Of a DNA stretch of 64,000 bases, positions 37,124 to 50,500 are shown in pieces. The DNA is taken from contig NW_025964223.1 in assembly GCF_023055435.1 (NCBI RefSeq), positions 10,044,001 through 10,108,000 of the forward strand, written 5' to 3'. Below the pieces are notes generated by a model that was given only the letters and a program-made list of their open reading frames with translations, made no database searches and had not been told where the DNA came from. This stretch comes from Haliotis rufescens (lineage: Eukaryota). The position numbers were made by a program, and so were the translations under genes. How positions within the stretch are numbered: the first letter of the stretch is position 1; each line of letters begins with the position of its first letter.

Positions 37124-38618
37124 TATTTCAGGCCATTTATTTTTGGTTTGAAAGTATTAATAAAATAACTTTTATCTTTCTCAGTGCATCATTGTCACAT
37201 TTGTAAAACGGGAATATCACAAAGTTTTTTGTTTTTCTTCCCGACACACTGATCAATGTGTTGACTGAGTGGGATACACCGACAAGAGGGGTCCCTTATT
37301 TGTTGTCGGTGGACCCCCACTCTCGCGCTTAGGGTGTCCCCTGTCTGTCCAATGTATTCGGCCTTGCATCCAGCACATTGTATGACATAAATCAATTTTT
37401 TTGAAGCACAATTCATATTTTCACGACAGTTTTTCCGTCTTTGAATGTAAAAGAACAACATTGTAAAACATGAGGGCAAGTACCACAATTTGGTCTCCTA
37501 CACTTTTGTACTGTTTTACATTCTTGTTTTCCATTTGAGAAAGAAGCCCTAGTAAGAATCTGTTTCAGATTTTGGCTCTGTCTTTTACTTTTAATAAGTT
37601 TATTTTGTGATATTTTTTGTTTTAGTTCTTTACACTTATTTAAGGAATACAGTTTTTCCCGAACACTTCCAAATATTTCTGGGTTTGTAGGATTAAAGGT
37701 TGTAACAAAAGGGAGAACACTCTCGTAAGATTTATCTTTAGGTTTTAAAGATCACAACGGTTTTGTGATTTAGCCTTGTTTATTGCGTCTTCCACTATTT
37801 TTCTAGGGTGGTTTCTTTCTAATAGTGACTCCCTCAGTTCATCGTGTCTATATTGTGCACGATCTGAATTAGATACTATCGCGCAGATTCTACGTGCTAA
37901 TGAGTAAGGAACACTGTTTTTAGTATGACGGGTGTGACAGGAATTGTAATTGAGGTATTGTTTGGAATCGGTTGGATTGTAATATACATCTGTTTCAATG
38001 TTATTGTTTGAAATTGTAACCATTACATCTAGAAACGATAGATTGTTATCGCTCATCTCTAAAGTAAAGATTAAACTTGGATGGAGTGTCTGTAAAATAT
38101 CTATCAAACACTGTAGATCGTTTTCATTCAGACTCCACAGAACAAAACAATCATCTAAAAATCTTTTCCATTTATCTTGAAATCCCTGTCCAAATCCAAT
38201 GCCGAATCTTTCTTCAATTTTTGAGTACAGTTTTTCCTCCAAATAACCAAGTACAAGGGTTGCATAAGTAGGGGCCATTTTTGTCCCCTTTGCTGTGCCT
38301 TTAATTTGTTTGTAATGAGAACCATCAAAATTAAAAGTATTATTATTTAGAATAAATTTAATACTATCGATAATGAATTCGGAGGTAATGTCTTCTCGTA
38401 TTTCCGAACGGTGTTTATATATCCAGTATTCAATAGCTTCAATGCCGAGATCATGGGGAATGTTTGAATATAAAATAACTACATGAAAACTGACCAACTT
38501 TGTACCATTTTCGACTGAGGCGGGAAGTTGGTTCAGAAAATAAGTGGTATCTTTTATGTAGCTCTTGACATGTTTAGTTATTAGTTTCAACACTTTATCC
38601 ATAAGGTCACTGAGTCTG
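37124..38618 (-). mobile_element. Penelope-like element: RT + GIY-YIG endonuclease, 5'-truncated and frameshifted
   Basis: SYIKDT, LYSNIPH, QIKGTAKGTKMAP, RFLDDC, FLDV, YNPTD..QYL; LIYVIQC..CKAEYIGQT. Confidence 0.9.
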
Positions 38619-38639
38619 ATATATATATTTATAGCTATT

Positions 38640-39131
38640 TGTTACCTCTTGAAACAAAAAGTGTTATTCTATGTATAATATAACTACTACTGGTATTCTA
38701 CACTACACTCTTCTCATAAATGTGCTAACTATGTGTTATATAAGACACTTTTACATGTGGAAACATACTTATGCATTGCTATTCCTTTTCATTTGACAAT
38801 ATGTTTCACAAGATTTAGATGCGGCAATTTTAGACTTATGACAGAAACAGGAAGATACACTAACATACCATACCATTTAAGACTATGCCCTCATTGTTGG
38901 CTAAATGACAAAATGTACTTAGAAGACGGGATTCATGTTTTACTTGTATGTGATGCATATACCTCTATTAGAAAAAAGTATATTAGTAAATACATCAGAA
39001 ATGACAGTGCAGTAAACATATTCATAAATATTATGAAGACTCAAAATACACAAAGAATAAGTGATGTCTGTTTATACCTATTCAATGTGCAAAAAATAAG
39101 AAATATGTTCAATACCACTTAATATACCTAT
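38640..39131 (+). mobile_element. RTEX/CR1-type LINE C-terminal fragment abutting the gap
   Basis: FRCGNFRLMTETGRY...CPHC...EDGIHVLLVC. Confidence 0.75.
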
Positions 39132-39263
39132 NNNNNNNNNNNNNNNNNNNNNNNNNNNNNNNNNNNNNNNNNNNNNNNNNNNNNNNNNNNNNNNNNNNNN
39201 NNNNNNNNNNNNNNNNNNNNNNNNNNNNNNNNNNNNNNNNNNNNNNNNNNNNNNNNNNNNNNN
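39132..39263. other. Assembly gap (132 N)
   Basis: Run of n. Confidence 1.
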
Positions 39264-39715
39264 GAAATGAAACCTTTATATGTCCGTATTTTGGGCCACT
39301 GGCCTCTATACTGAATAAAATTGTCTTGTCTTGTCTTAATAACTACTTTAATCAATCGGGGTTTTGCGCAAAAGGATATTAACGGATCTACGCTGACATG
39401 TACAGATAACCTATCCACCATAATAGAAAATAAATTAGAAAACATATTGATCTGCTTCGCTAAACTAACATATACTCTCTGAATTGAAACTCTTGCATGA
39501 AAAAGGTTCAACAGGCTTTTTATACATGATCGGAAGGAACAAGTAGGGAGTCTGCATGAGATCTTTTGGATAGTTGTGTTTCACAGTTAGATTAACACTT
39601 AGTGTTTCTGATACTATATTATTTCGATAGAACTAAACAAATGCATTTAAATTGAAAAGGAACCCCGGTGACATGGAAATGTCAGCCTAAACCTGTGGAA
39701 GTTCTAGACTTGCTC

Positions 39716-39974
39716 GATCCCCAGCGAGGTGGCCTAGCTTTGGTTACTGGTGGCCTATAGCCCGTGTTTTAAAACTGTATATATAATATTGTTATGCTCA
39801 AATATTTTCATGAATTGTTTCTAAATATCGTATGCTCGAATATGTTTTACAACTTGTTTTTAAACAAAATTTTGCATTAATGACTAAATTGTAAATATAT
39901 TAACTTGGTCTCGTCGCTATATGGCTGAGATAATGCCGATGCATGCGACGTTAAATTTTAACTCACTCACTCAC
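39716..39974 (+). mobile_element. I/Nimb-type LINE 3' UTR fragment
   Basis: 13-bp TSD TCTAGACTTGCTC; ATGGCTGAG...CGTTAAATTTTAACTCACTCAC tail. Confidence 0.85.
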
Positions 39975-42179
39975 TCTAGACTTGCTCCATTAGGGATATA
40001 CCATTACGGTAAGGGCTGGGCGGAAATGAAAATAAAATGGTTCAGGAACTGTGAGAGAAACTACTTACTATTAATGACCGAGAAATGTTTTGCCATCGTA
40101 AATTTTTGGCTAATACTAAATGTTTGCTAAATAGGATATTAATTCATTTCGTTCTTCAAATAGGTGCCTAGTTATGTCTAGGTGTTTGGGAATGTGAGTG
40201 AGTGCTGGCGTAAAATACCTACGATATCAATATTTAGGCTATATTTCAGCAACCACTAAATTACTGAGGTAAACCCATCCTCACAAGTGTTTGATAGTAT
40301 GAACAACAATGCACGTCCCTTGTTTTAGGAGCCGATTACACACAATGAAACATATTACACATTGCGTATTTATTTTGTATTCATAATGGCCTACATTACA
40401 TGTACAAGTGTTTGCCAGTTTTAAAATTCCGAACAAGTAGCCACCATTTTCCCATTGCGACCGGCCGATGACATATACCGGAAGAATACAGAGTCTTTAC
40501 GTTACGCAACTCATCCTTCCTAGGAGATGAGTTCCACTATGTGTTTGGATGTGAAACCCTTTCCCAACTAAGATTATTGAATATACCGAAGAAATATCAC
40601 CAATGACCGAATATAAAAAATAGAATACATGCAACTCAACTGTTCACTCGAATATACGTATACACGGAAGTATGTAGTATGTGGAAACAAGTCAAAATAG
40701 GGAATTGCATCGAACATTTGTTTTGTCATATTTGGAAATGGCATTGCACGTCTATCATATTATGCAATTATTATAAGTGTCAATACCCTGTAACTACTGT
40801 TGTAATTTGTTAGATGGTCATGTATCAAATATCTTTCCATTACGTTATTAACATCACCGATATCTGTTTGGTTAATCAGACAATTCGATCTGCAATCGAG
40901 ATCAAAATATTAACTGGGGCGTAATTAAAAAATCGACTTATTTTAATGCAACAGCTCGTTTCTGCAGCTTCACACATTTGTTCTTAAACTATTGTCACTG
41001 GCCATGGTATTTGGAACTCAAATTAGATTCAATATTTAACTTGAAAGTTAGCTTTGTTTGTGGGAAAGTTTGAGATGAGACGTTTAGGACAGATGTACCG
41101 CATGGCCACCACCTGTACTCCCCTACTTGCTGATCTATTTCTATATGCTTGTGGATAGGAATGTCTGCTCGGAATGGCACAATCAGAACAGGAGAATTGG
41201 TCATAAGCTTCAGCCATATCGATAATACAATATCGTTCAAATACGGTCAAAAAGCCAATTCCCATCCCACCTCAACTAGAAATAAGAGAAAGAGTGGGTG
41301 AGTTGGGGTTAACGTTGGGGTGAAACCCACGAGCACGGGTATGGTGCTGACAAACCTAGAAACATAATCGGGGCGAACCGGGATTCGGGCCCACAATCAT
41401 AGGTTTATGGCGTGCCTAAGGGACGCAACTCTGCACAGCGAATCGCGGCGCCTTAGACGACTTGGCAACCGGTGCCCCAAAACATAAAAGAAACCAGTAA
41501 AACGGCCTTATCTGTTTTGGTACTTAGATCTGTGCACAAAGATTCAGAGAGAAAAAATTGTGAAAAAGAGTGACGAAAAACTCAACTAAATGCCAAGAGG
41601 GATGAATTCAACTCTCCAATATTCAACTTTCCCTTTATGTCGAGCAATGTTCCAAGCACTAGCCTGTGGTTTCTACATTTCACAACTTCTCAGGTACAAT
41701 ATCGACCATAACTCTTTCTAGCATCCTTCGAGTATCCTTCGACTCTGGCTCCATGCCCTCAGTAGAGCTTTCAAAGGAGTAAGTGAGTGAGTTGGGTTTA
41801 ACGCCGCTTTTAACATTATTCCAGTTATATCACGACGTGTCAGCTTAATGTGGGAGGAAAGCCCGGAGTGATGCAGGTCTCAGACGTTTACCACTTCGGT
41901 GAAACCCACGAGCACGGGTATTTCATTCTATCCGCCTGCTATGAACTCATTCAGCAATAATCACAACGACTATGTACTCTTGATCCTGTTTAATTGGCTT
42001 CCTGTTTTATTGGCTTCCTTATCATGAGAGAGAGATTCTGTATATCCTCCATATGTCATTCCGAAGATTACAATGAAAATATATTCAATTACACGCGGCT
42101 AAGACAATAAAAAAGGCAAAACACATTTACAATTCCCAACAGCTTATCGAATTCAAATATCTATACGAAGACAGCTATG

Positions 42180-43104
42180 CACTAACAGATACATATATAA
42201 AGATTCTTTAGTTTGTACAGATACGAGGCGAATTGAAGTATGATAGTTTCCAGATGTGTTGATCGAGTATATTCTGTTTCAGCCCCAAATAAGAATGATA
42301 ACATATTTGTTTCGTCTTGCATTTCGAAATCAACATATTTTTTAACGTCAAGTAGGTCAACGATAAAAAGAGAAAAACGCATTTCTGTCTGATATAAGCA
42401 CTTCCCAATGTAAAATAATGTGGTTATCATGGTCGAGAGCACGCTCATTACAGAGCTTGCACTCGTTTACTGCATGATGAGACTTCGCACAAGTCGATAT
42501 TCCAGATACAGAAAAGCTAATTGCCAAAGTTTATGGTATGTTAATTTCGTATGAATTCTCTTTATAACGGGACGTGCTTGGATTATTTAATACATTTATG
42601 AGCCATATTTGTTCTTCGTATTTGCATAAAGTTTCATAAACAAGATTTCTCCATTTCAATTTTGGAAGGAAAGTGAGCAGATGCACAACGGTAGGTATCC
42701 AACAGATCGGCATGTTGACCCTTGATGTCAGAGAGTAATTCACATCCATAAAGGCTGGTTTTGTCTATTATTCTGAGCCATATTTTCACGCTTGAAACTG
42801 GATGAAGATCATAATTATTTAATCCTAAGGATATAGGGAGTTAATATTTTGTCATGCTTTCTGTCAGAATTTTTCAATTATTGTTTTACAAGAAAGATTA
42901 TACGTTAAGAGTATTCAACCATACACCGTAACATCAGTAGTGATGTGTGTATCACCAAGTTTACAGAAACGTTATGCCCATTGTGGCTTGCTTTGGTGAA
43001 CGCAATTATTGCACTTTTTGATGGATTATATGTTAGGCGCCACCTTGAAGCATATGTATATACAATATCAAGGGTTGTTTGTAAGCCAGTGCCTCCACGT
43101 TTTA
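42180..43104 (-). mobile_element. Highly decayed LINE RT/C-terminal remnant
   Basis: VLL.....GLQTTLDIVYTYASRWRLTYNPSKS, the post-YADD RT segment. Confidence 0.65.
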
Positions 43105-43745
43105 GTAAAACCCATGTCGATAGTGTACCCACGTTGACAGTGTAACCCACGTTGACAGTAAAACCCTTGTCGACAGTGTATCCACGTTGACAGTAAAACA
43201 CATGTTGATAGGGGACCGGCGTTGATAGCAAAAGCCATGTCGACAGGGGACCCACGTCGACAGTAAAACCCATGTTGACAGTGTATCCACGTTGACAGTA
43301 AAACCCATGTCGACAGTGTACCCACGTTGACAGTAAAACCAATATCGACAGTGTATCCACGTTGACAGTAAAAGCCATGTCGACAGTCTTTCCACGTTCA
43401 CAGTAAAACCCATGTCGACAGTGTATCCACGTTGACAGTAAAACCCATGTCGACAGTGTATCCACGTTGACTGTAAAACCCATGTCGACAGTGTACCCAC
43501 GTTGACAGTAAAACCTATGTCGACAGTGTATCCACGTTGACAGTAAAAGCCATGTCGACAGTCTACCCACGTTGACAGTAAAAGCCATGTCGACAGTGTA
43601 TCCACGGTGACAGTAAAACCCATGTCGACAGTGTATCTACGTTGACAGTAAAAGCTATGTCGACAGTGTATCCACGTTGACAGTAAAACCCATGTCGACA
43701 ATGTAATCCACGTTCACAATATTACACCTGTCGACATTGTACCAC
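43105..43745. repeat. 35-bp minisatellite (GTAAAACCCATGTCGACAGTGTATCCACGTTGACA)n, ~18 units, made of 18+17-bp related halves
   Basis: Seen directly; explains the overlapping repetitive minus-strand ORFs. Confidence 0.95.
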
Positions 43746-44034
43746 ACGTTAAAACATATATACACCAGTAGCAAAACGATCGTGGTATCAGGTAAATGGT
43801 CCTGTATAAATGCACATTACATATGCTTGATTGAAAACGTGGACAACATTCTGTCTGTTGTTAATTGCTGCACAACGTGTTCTGTTAAACTGACGACATG
43901 ATGCACATATTTGTGCGTTGTTTTCACACGAAGTGTTAACTGATCACATATAAAATTACAACATGCTTTCATGCTATTGTTTCCTTCAGTTCCCTGTTAG
44001 TTTCTCAACTAGCGGTTATTGGTTTTCCAAAACG

Positions 44035-44195
44035 ATGAACTCGACGACGTGTTGAGGCAACTGGGGGAGTTTGGCCCATACCAGAAATGGTTGTATGTAC
44101 TTCTGTGCCTAGCAGCAATACCGGCGTCTCTCCAGGTTATACAGGCAGTTGTGTTTCTAGCGGTTGGTGTTTTTTCCAGAACGATGAACTTTGAC
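44035..44195 (+). pseudogene. Frameshifted, truncated duplicate of SLC22 exon 1 followed by a third ATG-AAC-TTT-GAC start stub
   Basis: ATGAACTCGACGAC lacks one T relative to ATGAAGTTCGACGAC; near-identical to 44444-44568 and has no donor site; extra stub at 44184. Confidence 0.85.
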
Positions 44196-44443
44196 ACACA
44201 TAATTATATGCACCTCTTATATATGGTAATATTATCGTGACACCAGGTTAGTGGACCTGTATAAATGGAACGTGTAGCGTAGGTATTGTTTTCCCTTGGT
44301 AATTGATCGTCATATCCAATTAAATAATGCATTTAGGATCTACATTTTTTATTGTTCGTCATCACGTGTGGACGTGTGTGTTGACTCACTGCTTTATCAT
44401 TTCCTTCAATTCTTGAAAGTTTGGTTTGTAGTCTTCCAGAACG

Positions 44444-44589
44444 ATGAAGTTCGACGACGTGTTGAGGCAACTGGGGGAGTTTGGCCCGTACCAGAAATGG
44501 CTGTACCTTTTTCTCTGTCTACCAGCAATACCACAGTCTCTCCAGGTTATACAGGCAGTTGTGTTTCTGTTTGCAGTTCCTGAACATAG
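44444..44589 (+). CDS. SLC22 gene B coding exon 1
   Basis: MKFDDVLRQLGEFGPYQ...; donor AG|gtatgt. Confidence 0.92.
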
Positions 44590-47500
44590 GTATGTATATT
44601 CAGTGAAACATCGTGATCTTGTGGCATCCTTATGAATGTTTCTATCTTGTCAACATCTACATATTTGTCAGTGAGAGAAAAGGTTTATTTACGGAAATAC
44701 GCATATTATCTTGTTTCGTATAAATTGGCCGTCGTTATATAAGTGCATCTATGGATATAATCAGAGGGTACAAGGACATACATATTTTAGCACGATGCTG
44801 CTTATACCACCACGTTAAAACAAATATGTGTTTATTAAATGACAGACCCGTGAAGTTTTAGAATAGGTCTTCAGCAACCCATGCTTGCCGTTAAAGGCGA
44901 CTATGCTTGTCGTAAAAGGCGACTAACGGGATCGGGTGGTCAGGCTCACTGACTTGGTTGATGCATGTCATCGTATCCAAATTGCGTGGTTCGATGCTCA
45001 TGATATCAATCACTAGATTGTCTTGTCCAGACTCGATTATTTACAAACCACCGCCATATAGCTGGAATATTGCTGAGTGTGGCGTAAAACAACAAACAAA
45101 CAAAACAAAAACTTAGAAAACGTCGTTTATGGCTTCACAGTATCGGTGTTAAAAAGTTACAAAATTCTTCTGAAATGATATATAACAACAGCTGAACATT
45201 GTGTGTGCACAGTATATAACCAGGGTACATGTAGTGATCTAAGGCGTAGTAAATCGCTGTGCATATCTGTGGCCCTACGCAATGCCGGGATTCTATGATT
45301 ATGTGTTCAAATTCGCATTGAAAATGGTTATTTTCTTAGGGTTTCACCAAATCGGTAAAGATATAAGACATGTATTAGTTGAATAGTGTATTACGTTGTA
45401 GCATATACATCGGTTGTTATAGTTTACACCATAGACTTATTACAAAACCAAGATATAACGTTCTGTTAACTATAACACGGAAGAATATTATTGACATCTA
45501 TTCTTTTCTTACATATTTGTGTTCAACAATGCAAAGACTGCAAAATATGAAAAACATATTACAGGTCGGCATATCGCAGTTATTATCTTTTGTGTTATAG
45601 TAATGAGTAATAGATAAACATTATCATTTTCTGACATCACTTTCTGATATATGAACTCTTGCAACATGTACGCCCGGGAATACTATTACTATTCCAAATG
45701 CAACAATGAGTAGGGATCAGAGCAAAACATCCATACACGGCACGAAAAAGCCAATTTCCTAACGTTCGGAATACGAAAAGCCTACTGCAAATGCAGATGA
45801 AACTGTGCCATCAACGCAACTTCAAGCAAACAACAGACCACAATCGAAATCAATAATACGAGGGCTGGTCAAAGAAATGAAAGCCTAACAAACAAAACCA
45901 ACTAACGTGAAATGTGAAATTATATTTTTTCACTAGAATCTCCATGCTTTTCAGTACACTTCTCATATCGACAGTGAAGCTTTTCAATTCCAGACAGGGA
46001 GACGTTTTCTGAAGCCACCCTGAAAAACCCATTCATGGCAGGTCTGAGGTCATCATTGTCGTCATAGCTCTTTCAATTAAGGTGTTCTTTCAGTTTATGA
46101 AACAGGTGGAAATCACTTGGTGTCAGGTCTGGCGTGTATGGAGGGTGATGTAGCTCTTCGAAACCACATTGTCGCACAGCAGCCTTTGCAAGTGGAGAGG
46201 TGTGAGAAGAGGCATTGTCATGAAGTAGTAGAACTCTAGTAGTCAGCATTCCTCGCCGCTTTTCTGTGATAGAATCTCTCAGGCGATGAAGCAAATCAGC
46301 AAAGGAAGCACCGGTAATCGTCTTTTGACTTTCTAAGTAATCAACAAGGGTGCATCCAAGAATAAAGTGGTCACAACTGTTTTCACTGGTCATGAAGACC
46401 TCGAATTCCTTAGGTGCCAGAGAAGTGAAATGGTGCCATTCCATGGATTGACGTTTAGACTCGGGATCATAGTGGTAGTCCCGCGTTTCATCACCCGTTA
46501 ATAATCTCTTTTTGAATTTGACGAATTCTTCCTCAATTAGATCAAAATATTTTCTGGCAATGTCAGTAAACGTTGGCGCACAACGAGAAGCTATCTTATT
46601 CATTTGTAAATGTTCATGAATAATAGGTTCAATGGATCCATGACTTTGACCTGTGTCTTCCACAAGTTCAGCAATCGTTATACGTATCTGACAGTATAAG
46701 TTTTTTCTATCTCCTTGATTGAATCGTCTTTGATGGAAGTTGGGACGTCCAGACCTAGGGTCATCATCAAGGCTTGTTCGCTCAGCCTTAAACGTAGCTG
46801 TCCAATGTTTAACAGTGGAATAGCTGCGGCAGTTATCCCCATGTGAATATCACTTTTCACCCTGGTGTTCAGCTTTCTCGGAAGCTTGACCACTGTTGCG
46901 GCGACGTGGTTATTATTCTTGTCATTGTCATTTCTACTACCCTCACATTTTATACCACTGTACTGGATATTGTACAACCCCTCTATTGTGTACTGTCATT
47001 GTAATTGATATGCAGTAATTTGTATTGATTAATATACAGTTTTTTGGTTTCACACCAAATTCTTTCTGGGCTGACATATTGTTTCAATTTGGAAATCGAC
47101 TCGTAACACCAAGTAGTGGTTAAGGTAGTGCCACGTAGAAGACAGTAGAACCACAAATACTCTGGCAGTTAAAAGTTATACAATGACTCTCTATGGATAA
47201 TTTCATTAATGTTTTCGAGTCCACATTTCCTGTAATGCATTCTGAAAGACACCGAGATAGATACATAGATACAAATAGACGTTCCCCAGCTTGGTTTAGA
47301 CACTGTGTTTTTGTGTAATTAATAGGCTGTTCACTAAAAGCCTTTAGGTTATTTCCCCTCCCCTCAATCACCACGATTACGCCCTCCCTACGTCAAGGCG
47401 TAGTACTTGCGTAGTGAGCGATTATCTCGGGACTGGGGTTTGATATCAGGTTATCACTATCGATAATACTAAAAAAATTATTTCTAGAGATATCTTGCAC

Positions 47501-50500
47501 GGCGGATAAACATTCCCAACACCATTTCATCACGTTCCGAATATGTGTAAATGTATCATGTGCATCACTTTCAAATCACATGGGAATTATTCCTCTATTG
47601 TTTCCGTTAATTTCAAACCTATATAAAACTGATGACATAAAATTCATTCTTTCTGTTATGTTTCAGCACCGTTTAGAATACATGGAAATGAATCATTTTA
47701 CATTCGTTCCTAACATTTGGCAGATATAAAGACATGGTTGTACATGCCATAATTCTTTTCCTGCACAGTTCAGTATATACATGTCCTAATTTATCTGAAA
47801 CTGATCAGGTATTTCGTAGGCCATACCTGGTCGGATGTTATATTTTATTGTATGTGTACGTTTTTTTAGTATGAATTGTATACAACATGTGACACTATAA
47901 TAAACATTATTCTTTTAACCTTTGTATTTTTAAATGGATACTTACTCCGGCGATTCAATGAAACAATCAGCAATGCGTGTGAATCAATATGTTTCTGCAT
48001 CATATTGATCATATTTGTTACGCGTAGTGGCACTATTATGGCGCAAACGAAGTGAATGTTTGGAAAGTATGAACATTTTGCTGCAATGAAGGCTGTCATT
48101 TCAACAGCTATTGTCATTTCTCATACAAGCCTCTGTAACAAATATTTTTTTTAATTAACATTTGTATATGGGGTGACAAATTATTTTTTTAATTATTACT
48201 GTGAACTAATGTTGTTTGTTTGTTTGTTGAATAACGCCGCATTCAGCAATATTCCAGCTATATGACGGCGGTTTGTACATAATGGAGTCGGGATCAGACA
48301 ATCTAGTGAATGATATCATGAGCATCGATCCACGCAATTGGGATCGATGACATGCATCAACCAAGTCAGCGAGCCTGACCACCCGATCCCGTTAGTCGCC
48401 TCTTACGACAAGCATAGTCGCCTTTTACGCCAAGAATGTGTTGCCGAAGACCTAATCTACCCCGAATCTTCACGGGTCTGTGAACTTATGACACCCTATA
48501 TACTGATATAATGCCGATCCATTAAACATTTATCTCACTCATTCAGTTTGTTACACAATGATAACTTGTTTACACATATGTGCCAACGCAGAACTCAATA
48601 TCCCGATAGAACTATTTATAAGTGCGGCCTGGTTTCGTATGTGTTATTCTGGTACCGTGAGTTATGTTTCGTCAGTTCCGCTGTCAACTATTGATGTGCA
48701 TGCTCCCTATTTGATTACTGACATGTCTCTGTAATAAAACTGTAAAATAAGGTAACACGATGACGACAACATAACACTGACTTGTTCAATCAATCTTTAT
48801 TTCGTACTCAAGAGGCCACAGGCCTTTAGTACATAATACATTTCAACATAATTAATCATTACAATAGAACATCAAATTGAAATAAATTATCTCCCACATA
48901 TATACATCATGACAACCATAAATATGCTCATTTTATTCTGGCATAGATATTATTTAATTAACAATTTCATTTCCATGGGCAAAAGCATTGTAAATAAACA
49001 TCGATAAATTCTTTACAACCCCTGTTCTCTCACATTTAAATAAACTTATACTTGTTTCTCTTGTCAGGTGCGCTATTCCAGGATTTGCCAATGACACCTA
49101 CAAAATCCAGAATGACCTTCACGAACAACTCGTAAACCGCTCCATTCCCAGGATATATGGTTACTATGGTAACGAAAAATATTCCCAGTGCCAACTGTAT
49201 CGACAGACCAATGCCTCCAATGTTTGGTCAACAAGAAATATCACAGAGCCATGTAATGCCTGGGTTTACGACCAATCACAGTTCATATCCACGGTTTCAG
49301 AGACGGTGAGTTATTATCATTCAGGTTGTTGCAATCATTATTAAATACCAGTACCACATTATTTACATGTTTTGTCCGAAAACAATTGAAACAACCTGTA
49401 ATGTACAAGCCTTTTGTACATTTCGGTCAGTAGACAGTGAGATGAATCATATTGTATATGTTGTATGTGATACAGCATACCGTAAAGATATACGTTATTG
49501 CTACATGAATTAACGTATATCACCACTGATCTTACTGACTGTTTGTTAAATGTGCAAAAACAAAATGGGAACACGTTCTAAATCACCTGTTTCGATTTGG
49601 CAACGTGATAGTTCGTGTGACGTCACCTATATTCGTGAGTCTGTTCCACGAAACTACTTCTTGTAGCATAATGGCTTAAATCAGCCTTGTATGGCTACAA
49701 AAGTGCATCTAGTCCATCTAAATGCATTGTATATTACTACACAGCCGTGACTCGAAGTAAAATAACTTCTGTCACTGGTGGAGTGCAATTTCCCCACGTT
49801 CCACCGACCGTATCCTCGTGCGAGAGACTACTTCCGGTATGACGTCACTTTGTTGACAGTTTGATCGGTTGTACTTTTTCTGATACGAGAGTGAAAGCCG
49901 GTTCGAGCCGAGATATGTGAGTTGACATTCAAGTATTTTATATTTATTGTACATCTTCCTAACTGAATGAAATACTGAAAAGAATAATTATATTCTTGTA
50001 AATTAATAAATCTTATTGTGCAATTCTTAATTGTGAAATTATTCTTAAAAAATTAAATAATTAAAACTGTGTGGTTGGTGGTATTGGGAGTGATCCACAA
50101 TTCGCTACCAGAGCTGTACCCCAATACCCACCCCCTGAACCGTTACACAACCTATTCTCCAAAAGAAATCAGACAAGTATATAATTTTTGTATCCGCCAT
50201 AAAGTGAAGTAGGTGAGATGAAATGGGTGTTTACATTGTTTACATTATAACTCATATTGCGACACTTTGTGTAAGGCTGCTTGAACTACACAGGACTTTC
50301 GATTTTTAATAGTGCTAGCCCACTGAGATACCATGTCGCAGTTTAACGTTGATAACCCACTCAGTCACACTGTACTGACTCCAAGCCGGCCAGTCCCCCG
50401 GTTTTTTTTCCCCTTAACACTGAGCATCTGCTGCAGGCAGCGTAACAAGTACAAGGTATAAACGTCTTTACCGTCTACATTGTCTCCACAAAATAATGTT

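Noticed and set aside
42905-43701. Three long overlapping Cys/His-rich ORFs that look like a repeat protein or CRISPR-like array
   Set aside because: They are translations of a 35-bp tandem repeat with no unique spacers; no cas genes; eukaryotic context.
11746-45110. S1 copies in intron 1 of both paralogs as a shared ancestral insertion
   Set aside because: They are in opposite orientation relative to their genes and at non-homologous positions, so they are independent insertions.
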